A stretch of 64,000 nt of DNA from a candidate division WWE3 bacterium (GTDB taxonomy: Bacteria; Patescibacteriota; WWE3; UBA101185; UBA10185): the NCBI GenBank assembly GCA_014729135.1, contig WJKK01000001.1:593-64592 (forward strand), written 5' to 3'. The translations under genes and the position numbers were made by a program. Position 1 is the stretch's first letter. Each line of letters starts with the position of its first letter. The notes beneath the pieces were generated by a model, which searched no databases, was not told the origin of the DNA, and worked only from the letters and a program-made list of their open reading frames with translations. Below are positions 1 through 10,062 of this stretch, one piece after another.

Positions 1-3000
1 AATGGGAATGATGGAACTATTAGTGGTGCTACGTGGCAGGATGAGAGTATGTGTATTAGTGGAGAGTGTCTTTATTTTGACGGCACAGATGACAAAGTTG
101 ACAGCTTCAGCACTTCTCAAAACGCGCAGACCATATCGTTTTGGATACGCCCAATTAGCACAACAGATTCTTTCATAGATCTTACCGGAAGTATTTACGT
201 AAATGCTTCATCCGGAACTGTGACAGGAACAGGATTCACATCACCTACAGTCTACGTAAATGGAGAAACTTCCTCTACAATTACTGCTAACACGTGGCAA
301 TTTGTTACTATCACAACAGAAACTGCTTTTGACGCCAACGCAATTGTAATAGGGCTTGCAAACTCCGATTACTTCAAAGGCTACCTCGACGAAATCAAAA
401 TCTACCCCTACGCCCGCTCCGCCTCCCAAATCCTAAACGACTACGCCAAAGGATCCGCCAGTGCAGGATCAAACGCAGTTTTAGGCGCCAACTCCTTTGG
501 AGGCACCAACACCGCCTCCCTATCCGACGGGTTAGTTGGGTATTGGAAAATGGATGACGATTCATGGGCTGACTCTAGTGGCAACGGCAATGACGGCACG
601 GGATACAATGGAGTTACAACAGCTGCGGGGAAGTTTGGAGATGGAGGGAGTTTTGATGGGGTTGATGATTATGTGGAGATAGGAGATACAGACGTATTAA
701 GTTTTGGTAACGGAAGCATTGACACCGCATTTTCAATAAGTACATGGATAAAAATGGATAATGCAGCACAATTTAGGCTTCCTAGTAAATACGGAACATC
801 TAGCGGACAGGAGTATGGTCTATTTACAAATGCCTCCGGTAAGTTGGGTTTCTATCTATACGATTCATCTAGCTACATAGGTATACTTACAACAGAGGCA
901 CTTACTTCTTATGAGGGGAGCTGGACACATGTATCCGCAAAATATGATGGAACTCAAACCTCCTCCGCAATGTCACTCTACATAAATGGCAAACAAGCAA
1001 CCACGGAAGAGTCTAACAGCGGGACCTATATTGCAATGAGCAATACAAGCTCCCCATTTCTAATGGGGAAATACTATACAAGTTATGGAAACGGGTCCAT
1101 CGACGAGGTGCGTATCTACAACCGTGCCCTTTCCCCCGCCGAAGTCCGAGCCCTTTACGAATACGCCCCCGGCCCCGTAGCCCATTGGAAATTTGATGAT
1201 GGTACAGGAACTGAAGCGGCAGACTCCAGTGGAAATGGGAACACAGGAACTTTAACTAACGGACCTACTTGGACAGCAGGTAAATACGGCAAGGCGCTGA
1301 GTTTTGATGGGACGGATGATTACGTGACCAAAGGGTACACAGAAAATTTAAAGTTAGGTAACAACGGAACCATCGAAGCATGGGTCAACCCCATAAATAC
1401 TAGCAATAACACACACAGTATAGTAAGTTACGGAAACGTATCCGGTTACACCACGGGATATTTACTAAATCAATATGGCACTTCTTTAAGCCTATACTGG
1501 AAAACAGGATCTCCTATTGCTACTGTTAGCAATTTCTTCTCAAAGAACACCTGGACCCATCTAGCAGTTAAAAACTCGGCAGGGAATTTGGAAATATTCA
1601 AAGATGGTATTCTCGTAGCTACAGCTGACTCGGGAGGGGAAATAACTGACGACCATGCAACTTATATCGGGGGGGCTGTATCCAACTACTTTAGTGAGGC
1701 ACTCATCGACGACGTGCGCATATACAACTACGCCCGCTCCCAAAAACAGATCATCGAAGACATGAACGCAGGTCACCCCGCCGGAGGCTCCCCCGTTGGC
1801 AGCCAAGTAGGCTATTGGAAGTTTGACGAAGGTTATGGAGACACCGCCAACGACTCCTCTATTCATGGAAACAACGGTGATTTAGGAGGAAGTGGAGAGG
1901 ACTGCTCTGATGGAGGTACGGGTTGCCCTTCCTGGAGTAATGAAGGAAGGTTTGGCAAAGCGTTGGACTTTAATTCCTCCGAAACCGACAACGTGTCTAT
2001 CGGAGATCTCGGCACTAATATAGGATCGGTGTGTTTTTGGACTAACTTAGATTCAACCACTGAAAAAATTATTGATTTGGATGGAGGCACTCATTACATA
2101 CAAGCCTCCTCAGGAACAGTTACCGGAGAAGGATTTTCATCACCTACTGTTTACTTAAACGGTAAAGAAGGCTCTACTATAGATACTAATTGGAATCACA
2201 TTTGCATCACAACAGCTACATCCTTTGACGCCAATGCAGTTACTGTAGGAAAAGTAGGAAGCGATTATCTGGACGGTATGGTGGACGAACTTAAAATTTA
2301 TAGTTACGAATTAAGCGAGGATGAAGTACGCGTAGAATACAACCGCGGAAAAGCCCTCGTTCTAGGCGCCCAAGGCACAGACCCCTCCGATGGATCCACC
2401 TCCTCTAACTCCGATCTTTCTAAATACTGCGTGCCCGGTGACACCTCCACCTGTAGAGCACCTGTAGGCGAATGGCTTTTTGATGAAGGTACGGGTACTA
2501 CGGCTTATGATAGTAGTGGAAATGGAAATGATGGAACTTTGACTAATGGCCCTGTTTGGAGTGCGGGGAAGGTTGGGAAGGGGTTGAGTTTTGATGGAAG
2601 TGATGATTATGTGGAGAGTGATTCCCCGGGGATTATAGGTACGGGAGAGTTAACCGTAAGCACCTGGTTTTCAACTACGAATACCACCGCAAGTCACGCA
2701 AATACACTGATTAGCTGGGGAGCAGCCCAAGACGGGGAAGGCTTGGAAATAAACGTAGAGAATGGAACGATATGGGTACGTAACTGGTTAAATACGGCCT
2801 ACGCTGGGGAAAACTATAATGATGGAAAATGGCACCACGTTTCGGTGAAAAAAGAAGCAGATACAACAATCGCGGGATGGGAAATATTCGTAGATGGAGA
2901 GAAACTAGAAACAACTACAAGTGGATCGGATACTATCAGTCTGGGAAACACTTACACTGTTGCTATCGGGGATACCTATCATACTCAAAGGTACTACGAC

Positions 3001-3732
3001 GGGCTCATCGACCAAGTCCGCATATACGACTACGCCCGCTCCCCCGCTCAAATCGCCTGGGAATACAACCAAGGCGCTCCCGTAGCCTGGTACAAATTTG
3101 ATGAAGGTGAAGGCACTACTGCTTATGATGCAAGTGGTAACGGAAATAACGGAACTTTAACTAACATGGACCCTGCAACGGATTATGTGGATGGGAAGAT
3201 TAATACTGCGCTTGATTTTGATGGGAGTGATGATTATGTGGAGATTACTAACAATGATGAATTAAACTCAAAATATATAACGTTGTCTGCCTGGGTTAAG
3301 GCAGACGCTATAGGCACACATCCAAGAATAATTGCAAAAGATTCAGTAACAGAAGATGCCGGACAATCCTATCAGTTAATATTACATTCCGCAGGACAAA
3401 TTTTCTTCCGGGGATATGCAGGAAATGCATGGCGGGGAGGAGATTTTGAAACAACCTTTTCCCAAAACGGATGGGAACATGTTGTAGCAACATATGACGG
3501 TGAGGTTTTTAGGGTTTATGTAAATGGAGAACAATCCCCTACCACATACAACTATGTAGGTGCTCTCGATACAGAGGATACGGACAACCTATGCATAGGG
3601 AGCAAGTGTGATAATCCCACAGGATATCCCTTCACGGGACAAATCGACGACGTTCGTATATACAACTATGCACTAACCGACTACCAAGTCAAACAACTCT
3701 ACAACCAAGGCGTCGCCGTACACTTTGACTAA
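1..3732 (+). CDS. Giant multi-LamG (concanavalin-like jelly-roll) surface protein, 5' end outside window
   Basis: Frame is open from base 1 (NGNDGTISGATWQDES...). Repeated modules W[K/L]FDEGxGTTAxDxSGNGNxG...FDGxDDYV...W.H...Y.NG...IDDVRIY, about 6 LamG units. Confidence 0.9.
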   Translation, partial: NGNDGTISGATWQDESMCISGECLYFDGTDDKVDSFSTSQNAQTISFWIRPISTTDSFIDLTGSIYVNASSGTVTGTGFTSPTVYVNGETSSTITANTWQFVTITTETAFDANAIVIGLANSDYFKGYLDEIKIYPYARSASQILNDYAKGSASAGSNAVLGANSFGGTNTASLSDGLVGYWKMDDDSWADSSGNGNDGTGYNGVTTAAGKFGDGGSFDGVDDYVEIGDTDVLSFGNGSIDTAFSISTWIKMDNAAQFRLPSKYGTSSGQEYGLFTNASGKLGFYLYDSSSYIGILTTEALTSYEGSWTHVSAKYDGTQTSSAMSLYINGKQATTEESNSGTYIAMSNTSSPFLMGKYYTSYGNGSIDEVRIYNRALSPAEVRALYEYAPGPVAHWKFDDGTGTEAADSSGNGNTGTLTNGPTWTAGKYGKALSFDGTDDYVTKGYTENLKLGNNGTIEAWVNPINTSNNTHSIVSYGNVSGYTTGYLLNQYGTSLSLYWKTGSPIATVSNFFSKNTWTHLAVKNSAGNLEIFKDGILVATADSGGEITDDHATYIGGAVSNYFSEALIDDVRIYNYARSQKQIIEDMNAGHPAGGSPVGSQVGYWKFDEGYGDTANDSSIHGNNGDLGGSGEDCSDGGTGCPSWSNEGRFGKALDFNSSETDNVSIGDLGTNIGSVCFWTNLDSTTEKIIDLDGGTHYIQASSGTVTGEGFSSPTVYLNGKEGSTIDTNWNHICITTATSFDANAVTVGKVGSDYLDGMVDELKIYSYELSEDEVRVEYNRGKALVLGAQGTDPSDGSTSSNSDLSKYCVPGDTSTCRAPVGEWLFDEGTGTTAYDSSGNGNDGTLTNGPVWSAGKVGKGLSFDGSDDYVESDSPGIIGTGELTVSTWFSTTNTTASHANTLISWGAAQDGEGLEINVENGTIWVRNWLNTAYAGENYNDGKWHHVSVKKEADTTIAGWEIFVDGEKLETTTSGSDTISLGNTYTVAIGDTYHTQRYYDGLIDQVRIYDYARSPAQIAWEYNQGAPVAWYKFDEGEGTTAYDASGNGNNGTLTNMDPATDYVDGKINTALDFDGSDDYVEITNNDELNSKYITLSAWVKADAIGTHPRIIAKDSVTEDAGQSYQLILHSAGQIFFRGYAGNAWRGGDFETTFSQNGWEHVVATYDGEVFRVYVNGEQSPTTYNYVGALDTEDTDNLCIGSKCDNPTGYPFTGQIDDVRIYNYALTDYQVKQLYNQGVAVHFD

Positions 3733-3759
3733 CACTCCGTAAGGCATTAACTCCTCCTT

Positions 3760-3841
3760 AAAACAAAAAAGCCTCCGCAAAAGCGAAGGCTTCTTTATCT
3801 CTGCTAGTACTCCAGGCAGAGCACCATCAGCGGAAGTTGAT
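3760..3841 (-). ncRNA. Candidate small RNA (~80 nt) with own promoter and terminator
   Basis: Minus-strand TTGACA(3876-3871)-N17-TACAAT(3853-3848), internal hairpin CTCTGC/GCAGAG, then terminator and U-tract. No plausible ORF. Confidence 0.45.
3769..3797. terminator. Bidirectional intrinsic terminator after LamG gene
   Basis: AAGCCTCCGC-AAAA-GCGAAGGCTT hairpin flanked by A-run and T-rich tail. Confidence 0.75.
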
Positions 3842-4200
3842 AGACAAATTGTACAACGCATATGCAACTATGTCAAGCACTTTCTAGGCACTTTCTGTGG
3901 TGGACGTAATGAGTTTCGAACTGCAAAGAAATGTATTACATTTCTTTGATGATCAAATGTTTCCGTAGGAAACATTTGCGCTCACCTAGCAGAGTCTCAA
4001 CTTCCGCTTGCTCACCAAGAGCTACGCCCACACACATAACATTTATAGCAAGATTCGTTAGCACTTTAAATGGGGAATATTCTATTTAAAGTAGAGGATA
4101 TGCAGCGACACAGGATAAAGTCCTTTAAACAAGCCTTAGAAACACATCCAAAAGTTCTACCCATAATAGAAGGAGCTATTTGACATATCTTAAAAAGCCT

Positions 4201-4343
4201 AAGGATAATCCCTCCCCAAAACCGTTCGACACACTTTCAAGAAAGTAAGAAACGGGTGTCAAATCAAGGATAATCCTTCTCTCAAACCACGTATCACCCT
4301 CCAAAGAAAGGAAGAAACAACTCTTGAACCAAGGATAATCCTT
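4201..4343. repeat. Three copies of palindrome AAGGAT-A-ATCC(T/C)T at exact 65-bp spacing (degenerate tandem repeat)
   Basis: Copies start at 4201, 4266 and 4331. Units 1 and 2 also share AAGAAAGnAAGAAAC. Confidence 0.7.
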
Positions 4344-4465
4344 GCACAAGAAACCAATCAAAAACTTCACGACACAAATCCCCTCCCCCAACCACGCCTC
4401 TCCCAGCAAATGACATACATTTACATATTGCAACAACACAAATTATAGATTAAAATATAATTACA

Positions 4466-4750
4466 ATGCACAAACAAAATTACGAAAGACACAAAAGACT
4501 GTTAAAAAAGTTTCACGACGACTACAAAATCCTGAATGAACTTTACGAAGAAGCAAAACCCGACCAAAGGGAACACTGGTACCAAAAAATGTGGGATGCT
4601 TTTTTTGTTTACTCAGAGGAGCTTTCCAAAGATGCAACTCTTTATGCAAAAGCTCAAACTGAGGAAACTTTAAAGGATCTAAAAGAACGAGTATTTCAAC
4701 TAGAAGTTGCTGTACACACCTCCCCAAAGACCGAAACACATCTCGTTTAA
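4466..4750 (+). CDS. Hypothetical helical protein (94 aa)
   Basis: ATG ORF preceded by TTGCAA-N17-TAAAAT. Charged, helix-like composition; no family recognised. Confidence 0.6.
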   Translation: MHKQNYERHKRLLKKFHDDYKILNELYEEAKPDQREHWYQKMWDAFFVYSEELSKDATLYAKAQTEETLKDLKERVFQLEVAVHTSPKTETHLV

Positions 4751-4839
4751 ACACTTAGGCACAAAGGCGTGTAAGACAAGGATCAAAACTATGTCTTGTA
4801 AAAATATAAGTCACCTTCTAAACGTCTTGTAAGAAACGC

Positions 4840-4868
4840 TTGACGAAGAGAGAAGCTTACAGTAAACT
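4840..4868 (+). promoter_or_regulatory. Sigma70-type promoter of rplJL
   Basis: TTGACG-N17-TAAACT immediately upstream of the L10 leader. Confidence 0.65.
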
Positions 4869-4874
4869 CCTTTT

Positions 4875-4997
4875 GTAGCCGTAGACAGCAAGGGCCTGAC
4901 ACAAATTGGGCTTAATCATCTTGCCGAGGTACCACAAGGTACGCAAGTATCAAGTTAAACTTTTCTAATTCTACGGCACCGAGAGGTGCTTTTTTTG
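4875..4997 (+). promoter_or_regulatory. L10 leader (rplJL autoregulatory RNA) with attenuator terminator
   Basis: CCGTAGACAGCAAGGGC...TTAATCATCTTGCCGAGG matches the L10-leader pattern. GGCACC-GAGA-GGTGC-TTTTTTT terminator precedes rplJ. Confidence 0.8.
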
Positions 4998-5089
4998 TAC
5001 CGGAACTATGACCTCCTAGGATAGGACATCATAGGATCGATAACGACACTTCTCCACGGAAAAAAGGAATAAAGAATATAAGGAAATTT

Positions 5090-5623
5090 ATGCCAAAACA
5101 AAAAAACATAGAAAAAGTTAAAAATCTCACAGAAAAGTTGGGCAAAGCAAAATCCGTGATTTTTGCCGAATACACAGGCTTGGATGCAAACAACATGAAC
5201 ATGTTGCGAAAAGAGCTTCGTGCTGAAGGCGCTGAAATCAACATTGCCAGAAACACTTTAATGAGGCTGGCCTTGGCGGATGCTGAAACAAGCAAGGAAG
5301 TAGCTGCAGACATGACAGAAGAGTTGTCAGGACAAATGATGACACTTCTTTCATATGAGGATGCGGTGACCCCGCTAAAAAAGCTGGTGGAGTTTGCAAA
5401 GGAGCACGAAACGCCTAAGGTAAAGCTTGGCCTCTTTGAAGGTCGTGTTTTGTCTGTTGCGGAGGTAGAGGAACTAAGTAACCTTCCTTCCCGCGAAGAG
5501 CTATTGGCGCGTGTTGTTGGAGGCTTAAAGTCTCCGTTGTCAGGTTTTGCAAATGTGCTGGGGGGTACGCAGAGAAATTTTGTGTATGCTCTTTCAGCTA
5601 TTGCTGACCAAAAGAGTGAGTAA
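5090..5623 (+). CDS. rplJ: 50S ribosomal protein L10
   Basis: EYTGL...LRKELR...ARNTLMRLAL...LPSREELLA motifs; upstream of rplL. Confidence 0.97.
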   Translation: MPKQKNIEKVKNLTEKLGKAKSVIFAEYTGLDANNMNMLRKELRAEGAEINIARNTLMRLALADAETSKEVAADMTEELSGQMMTLLSYEDAVTPLKKLVEFAKEHETPKVKLGLFEGRVLSVAEVEELSNLPSREELLARVVGGLKSPLSGFANVLGGTQRNFVYALSAIADQKSE

Positions 5624-5667
5624 GCGTAAATAAACATAACTATTAAATAAAAAGGAGGTGCATTTTA

Positions 5668-6129
5668 ATGACAGATAAGGACACAAAGGAAGAAAAAGTA
5701 GAGGAAACAACTGAAGAGACGGCGGAGAAAACCTCCGTTAAGCTTAGCAAGGACGCCCAAAAAGTCATGGACATCGTTGAGAAGATGACCGTTTTGGAGC
5801 TTAACGACTTGGTCAAAGCTTTGGAAGAGAAGTTTGGCGTTTCCGCTGCTGCTCCTATGATGATGGCTGGAGCCGTTGCAGGTGCAGGAGGTGCTGAAGA
5901 GGACGCCGAAGAGAAAACCGAGTTTGACGTAGTGCTAAAAGAGATCGGCGACAACAAGATTGCCGTAATTAAGGCTGTGCGCACTTTGGATCAGTCTTTG
6001 GGCCTAGTTGAGGCTAAAAAGTTGGTTGAATCTGCTCCTAAGGCTGTTTTGGAGGCTGCTCCTAAGGAGGATGCTGACAAAGCAAAGAAGGCTTTGGAGG
6101 AGGCCGGCGCTAAGGTTGAGTTGAAGTAA
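5668..6129 (+). CDS. rplL: 50S ribosomal protein L7/L12 with acidic N-terminal extension
   Basis: [23 protein letters not shown]...[10 protein letters not shown]...KIAVIKAVR...[11 protein letters not shown]; SD AAGGAGGTG. Confidence 0.98.
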   Translation: MTDKDTKEEKVEETTEETAEKTSVKLSKDAQKVMDIVEKMTVLELNDLVKALEEKFGVSAAAPMMMAGAVAGAGGAEEDAEEKTEFDVVLKEIGDNKIAVIKAVRTLDQSLGLVEAKKLVESAPKAVLEAAPKEDADKAKKALEEAGAKVELK

Positions 6130-6256
6130 GTTCTACAAGTTTATTCGGGATTTTCGGAACAAAGGAATAAAGGGATGTCTAAAAAGATGTCCCCAAGTGT
6201 CGTTGAATATCCTCGGGAAGTCCCCAGGAAGTATGATACTCCCCAGTAATCAAGCT

Positions 6257-6280
6257 AAACCCCACTCTTGTGGGGTTTTC
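6257..6280. terminator. Terminator between convergent rplL and glgA
   Basis: AAACCCCAC-TCTT-GTGGGGTTTT. Confidence 0.7.
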
Positions 6281-6305
6281 TTGTTCCCAAATTAGGGGGA
6301 AATTA

Positions 6306-7901
6306 CTAATTCATCATTTGGCGGAGTTTGACAGCACGTGAATAAAGATCTTTGTAGGCCTGAGCACTTTTATCCCAGCTAAAATCCTTTCTCATAGCAT
6401 TTTGACGCATGGTTTCCAGCCTGCTTCCACTCACATCATCAGTGCGCCAAAAAACACGCAAAGCACTCTCCACTGCTCTCGCCAAAGCCTCCGCCGAATA
6501 ATCCCTAAACACAAAACCCGTCACACCGTTTTCTACAGTATCTTTTAAACCGCCTGTTGCCCTCACAATAGGCAAAGACCCATACCACATAGCAATCATC
6601 TGAATTAATCCGCAGGGTTCGTATCTTGAAGGTACAAGCAAAAAATCACTTCCGGCGTAAATTTCCTTGGCTAATTCCTCATCAAAGGCCGTCACCACAT
6701 GGAGATTCTCGTACTCCTCCCCTAAAGCGCGAAACTTACCTTCCCAAATAGGATCTCCTTTACCTAAAATTACAAAATGAGGCATGGAATGGGCCATCTT
6801 AGAGGAATTTGTTTTCTTAGTTGTTTCTGTGTTGGCACCAGCCCCCGCATCAGACGCAATAGTAGAAACAACAGCTCCCGATAAATAGTCATCCAAAAAC
6901 TTATGCAAAATATCTAAGCCCTTTTGACCGGGATCCAAGCGGCCAATGTAACCAAAAACGGGAGTTTCCGAAAGAGCAGATGATTTTGATTCTTTGGAAG
7001 CTTCTTTTAAATTTCCGGAATTAGCCAAAACTTGCGGGTTCTCAGCGCTATCCGCAACATTAAAACCCAATTTTTTAGCCAACTTTTTCTTTGCAACCAA
7101 CTTGCCCTCAGTTACATCGTGCACGTCGTAATTTCTGGGAAACATGGATAAATCTAAACCGTTTAAAATACCTGACAAACGTCCGCTACGGTTACGCAAA
7201 ATGTCCGCAAAACCACCACCAAACTCCTTTGAAACAATCTCTTGAGCATAAGTAGGAGAAACAGTATTTATGTAATCCGCTGATGTTATCCCCTGGAGCA
7301 TCATGTTAATGTCGCCGTCCTCCAAATCCCAATCAATCAAGGGGTGCTGACCCGGAACAAAACCCGCTGCTTCAACCAAATGACGATCCCCGACTCCCTG
7401 ATACAAAATGTTGTGAATTGTTAACAATGTAGCAGGGCGGTTAGTAGGAATTTCATCTTTTAGCATATGAGTAATTAAACCGGTGTGCCAATCGTTGCAA
7501 TGCACTAAATCGTAAGTGTTAAATTGGGATTTTATGAACTCCACAACGGCTCTGTTAAAGAAGGCAAACATTTCCGTTTCGGTTTTGGTGTTTAGGAAGG
7601 CGGATTTACCACCCAAAGTGAAAAAGTCTGAATTCCTAAGAAGGAATGTGTCAACATCAGAATTAGGCAACTGCGTTTTGTGAACCTCTACCAGGTGATT
7701 TTCGCCATCAAAAGGAACATTTAACTCCAGAGCTTTGTAAATTTTTAAATCTTGAATTTTAGCAAGAGGATAAAAAGGAATTATGACATCAATATTCACT
7801 CCTTGTCGCTGGAGTGCTTTGGGCAGAGAGCCAATGACATCGCCCAATCCACCAAGTTTTACAATAGGTGCTGCTTCTGAGGCAGCCAGAAGTACTTTCA
7901 T
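6306..7901 (-). CDS. glgA: Glycogen synthase (GT5), with two low-complexity loop insertions
   Basis: SEAAPIVKLGGLGDV, HCNDWHTG, TIHN, NTVSPTYA, GILNG, PSRYEPCGLIQM, TGGLKDTV. ATG start chosen at MKVLL. Confidence 0.93.
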   Translation of the reverse strand: MKVLLAASEAAPIVKLGGLGDVIGSLPKALQRQGVNIDVIIPFYPLAKIQDLKIYKALELNVPFDGENHLVEVHKTQLPNSDVDTFLLRNSDFFTLGGKSAFLNTKTETEMFAFFNRAVVEFIKSQFNTYDLVHCNDWHTGLITHMLKDEIPTNRPATLLTIHNILYQGVGDRHLVEAAGFVPGQHPLIDWDLEDGDINMMLQGITSADYINTVSPTYAQEIVSKEFGGGFADILRNRSGRLSGILNGLDLSMFPRNYDVHDVTEGKLVAKKKLAKKLGFNVADSAENPQVLANSGNLKEASKESKSSALSETPVFGYIGRLDPGQKGLDILHKFLDDYLSGAVVSTIASDAGAGANTETTKKTNSSKMAHSMPHFVILGKGDPIWEGKFRALGEEYENLHVVTAFDEELAKEIYAGSDFLLVPSRYEPCGLIQMIAMWYGSLPIVRATGGLKDTVENGVTGFVFRDYSAEALARAVESALRVFWRTDDVSGSRLETMRQNAMRKDFSWDKSAQAYKDLYSRAVKLRQMMN

Positions 7902-7948
7902 AGTTCTTTTTAAGAATATCAAAAATTTAGGGGATTTAATAGCGTAAA

Positions 7949-8034
7949 AAAGGAAGGTGTCCACCGAAAAAAGGCTTCGCTCACAGCTATTTAAAAACAG
8001 CAGATGTTCGCTTTTCTTGTGGACACCTTCCTTT
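7949..8034. repeat. REP-like inverted repeat element
   Basis: 16-bp perfect IR AAAGGAAGGTGTCCAC (7949-7964) / GTGGACACCTTCCTTT (8019-8034). Confidence 0.8.
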
Positions 8035-9649
8035 AGCTTCTTCTCTTCTTCCAGTCCTCAAATCCCTCTTTATCCAACTCCCCTACCTCCCCCGAAAAAG
8101 CCCTAAACTGCTCCTTGGAAAAACCCGAAAGCTCACTCCAATCATGCTCCAAAAAAGGCTTCAACTCAGGAATACTACGCGCACTCCACAACTCATCCAC
8201 CACATGCAAAACGTCATAAATATCCGTACCCTGTCGTAACTTTGTCAGAGCATCACGCCATTTGATAGCCAACTCAAAATCCCTATCATCAGCAGCTTTT
8301 TGCATCTGATCCTCAAATTCCAGGGCAATTTGGTTATACCATTCTGCGGGAGCACGCTCCTTAAAAGGTTTTTTCATAAAAGTGGAAGAATTATCCAAGT
8401 GTTTTTGCCTAATGTAACCGCTTCTTTGCCATTCAAAAGCCTGATCTAAAATTTTACGGTAGTAATTTTCAGCCTTTGTCATCTCGGAAGGAAGTTGTTC
8501 CTTATCAGTAAAAACCTCTCCGGAAGAATCCGCAAAACCACATAAAACAGCGGCAACCATCTTTAGTTGAAAAGCACCCTGTTCTATCATTTCTAGACTC
8601 CACCAAGGATTTGTGCTTGCCCACCAAAACTGATCCGATGCCAGAGCTTTGTCCATTAATTGGCGTGCTTTGTCCCAAGTAGCGGAGTCCAAGGTCTCTT
8701 CTTTTTCTTTTAGTAAACCCAAAACATAATTTACAAAATCCCACTGCAATTTGTGAATGGGATTAGTGGGATCGCGCCAAAGTATGAAGGATCTACCCGA
8801 AGTCTTCTTAGTGTGTTCTTTATCAAGCCAGAAGTCTTGTTCAGAGTTGGTCCACGTACTAGGCCGAATTTCAACCTCTTCTACCGACAAATTAGTGCCT
8901 AAAAGGTCTTTAGCAAGCACACTTTCTATTTGCGAATCATCCAGGAGGTCAAAAAGAAGTTTTTCATGACCTATACGATGATGTCCAAAAGTTTCAGCGT
9001 CCATTACTGTAAACCAATGACCATTTTCCCCGACACCACTCCCCCACAAATCTGTAGTTTCTTCTAGAAATTTCCCTGCCCGTCTAGTAGATGCGGATAA
9101 AATAAGAGAACTGACACGTTTATTCCTAAAAAAGATATCAATGTCACCATTAGAATCGACAAACAAACTCTTACCCATTAAATCCTTTTTCTCCGGAGGC
9201 AAGGCAACTTCGGAAGCACCAATCCACTTGTAACCCAACTCAGAAACTACATCTAAAACACGAGAGTTAATCCCCATTTCAGGAGAGAAAAACCCAACGG
9301 GAGAATACCAGTTCCCTAACACCTCTTTGTTTGCTGCATCATTCAACATTATTTGGCGCTTAATTTCCTCCTTTGGAATTAAGGGCAAAAAGGCATGATA
9401 CATAGCAGATCCCGTAAATTCAGCCCACCCTTCCTTCCCAAGAGTACGAAACCCTTCCAAAAGCTCATCATAACCCTCATCCGCCAACAAACGAACCAAC
9501 GCACCATTAATATTAATAACAGTTCTGGCCTTGGGGCGCTCCAACAATCCCTTAACAATAGGCAAATAACTTTCGTGAACAATTCTATTTAAGATGTCTT
9601 TCTGCTGATTATGCGGCTGATAAAAATGTAAAAAGTTCACCCATTTCAT
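8033..9649 (-). CDS. Glycoside hydrolase family 57 with C-terminal UvrB/UvrC-like (UVR) motif
   Basis: LHFYQP, ESY, SAMYHAFLPL, FFSPEM (nucleophile), DAETFGHH, ASDQFWW. C-terminal FEDQMQKAADDRDFELAIKWRDAL. Confidence 0.85.
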   Translation of the reverse strand: MKWVNFLHFYQPHNQQKDILNRIVHESYLPIVKGLLERPKARTVININGALVRLLADEGYDELLEGFRTLGKEGWAEFTGSAMYHAFLPLIPKEEIKRQIMLNDAANKEVLGNWYSPVGFFSPEMGINSRVLDVVSELGYKWIGASEVALPPEKKDLMGKSLFVDSNGDIDIFFRNKRVSSLILSASTRRAGKFLEETTDLWGSGVGENGHWFTVMDAETFGHHRIGHEKLLFDLLDDSQIESVLAKDLLGTNLSVEEVEIRPSTWTNSEQDFWLDKEHTKKTSGRSFILWRDPTNPIHKLQWDFVNYVLGLLKEKEETLDSATWDKARQLMDKALASDQFWWASTNPWWSLEMIEQGAFQLKMVAAVLCGFADSSGEVFTDKEQLPSEMTKAENYYRKILDQAFEWQRSGYIRQKHLDNSSTFMKKPFKERAPAEWYNQIALEFEDQMQKAADDRDFELAIKWRDALTKLRQGTDIYDVLHVVDELWSARSIPELKPFLEHDWSELSGFSKEQFRAFSGEVGELDKEGFEDWKKRRS

Positions 9650-9736
9650 ATACACAATGATATCGTATTAATAACCAAAAACCCAGTTAAAATCTGGATC
9701 GCCGGTTTGAGGGAACCTCCCCCTTTGACGAACTTT

Positions 9737-9868
9737 TGCAGCGTAAAAGTTTTACAAACTTTTACGACTCATCGATAATCCGTCAGCGACGGATTTCGAT
9801 GTAACTAACAAGTTGCAACGCAACTTGTTAAATATTATTTTTATCGAAAATACAATTGAAAATCTAAA
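9737..9868. repeat. 132-bp multi-hairpin element, copy 1
   Basis: Near-identical to 11723-11854; four consecutive hairpins. Confidence 0.9.
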
Positions 9869-9916
9869 TAAAACGTGAGAAGAAGGTGGGAGGCTCCTTG
9901 AAATGACAGGCCAGAA

Positions 9917-9990
9917 TCAAAGGCACTCTCCTGTAAGAAAAAATTTGAACCGTACTCGGTGAGCTTTTTTCGTCAGGAGAGTGCCTTTGA
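9917..9990. repeat. REP-like element GGCACTCTCCTG...CAGGAGAGTGCC, copy 1
   Basis: Near-identical to 13607-13678; shares its core with 54673-54741. Confidence 0.9.
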
Positions 9991-10062
9991 AAAAAAAGAT
10001 CTTGACCCCAAAGCAAGCCCGAGGGAATACTTTCGTCAGGATGACAGCGAAGGAATATCTCT

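Noticed and set aside
4201-4343. CRISPR array
   Set aside because: The 65-bp period fits, but only 11-13 bp are constant, the 'spacers' resemble each other, and no cas genes are present. Kept as an unexplained repeat.
4176-4439. 87-aa minus-strand ORF over the 65-bp repeats
   Set aside because: Non-ATG start, a repeat period not divisible by 3, and an open frame explained by the local composition.
5029-5984. Antisense ORFs over rplJ/rplL and the many other short overlapping ORFs in the track
   Set aside because: Shadow frames of well-supported genes, tRNAs or repeats; no motifs or start signals.
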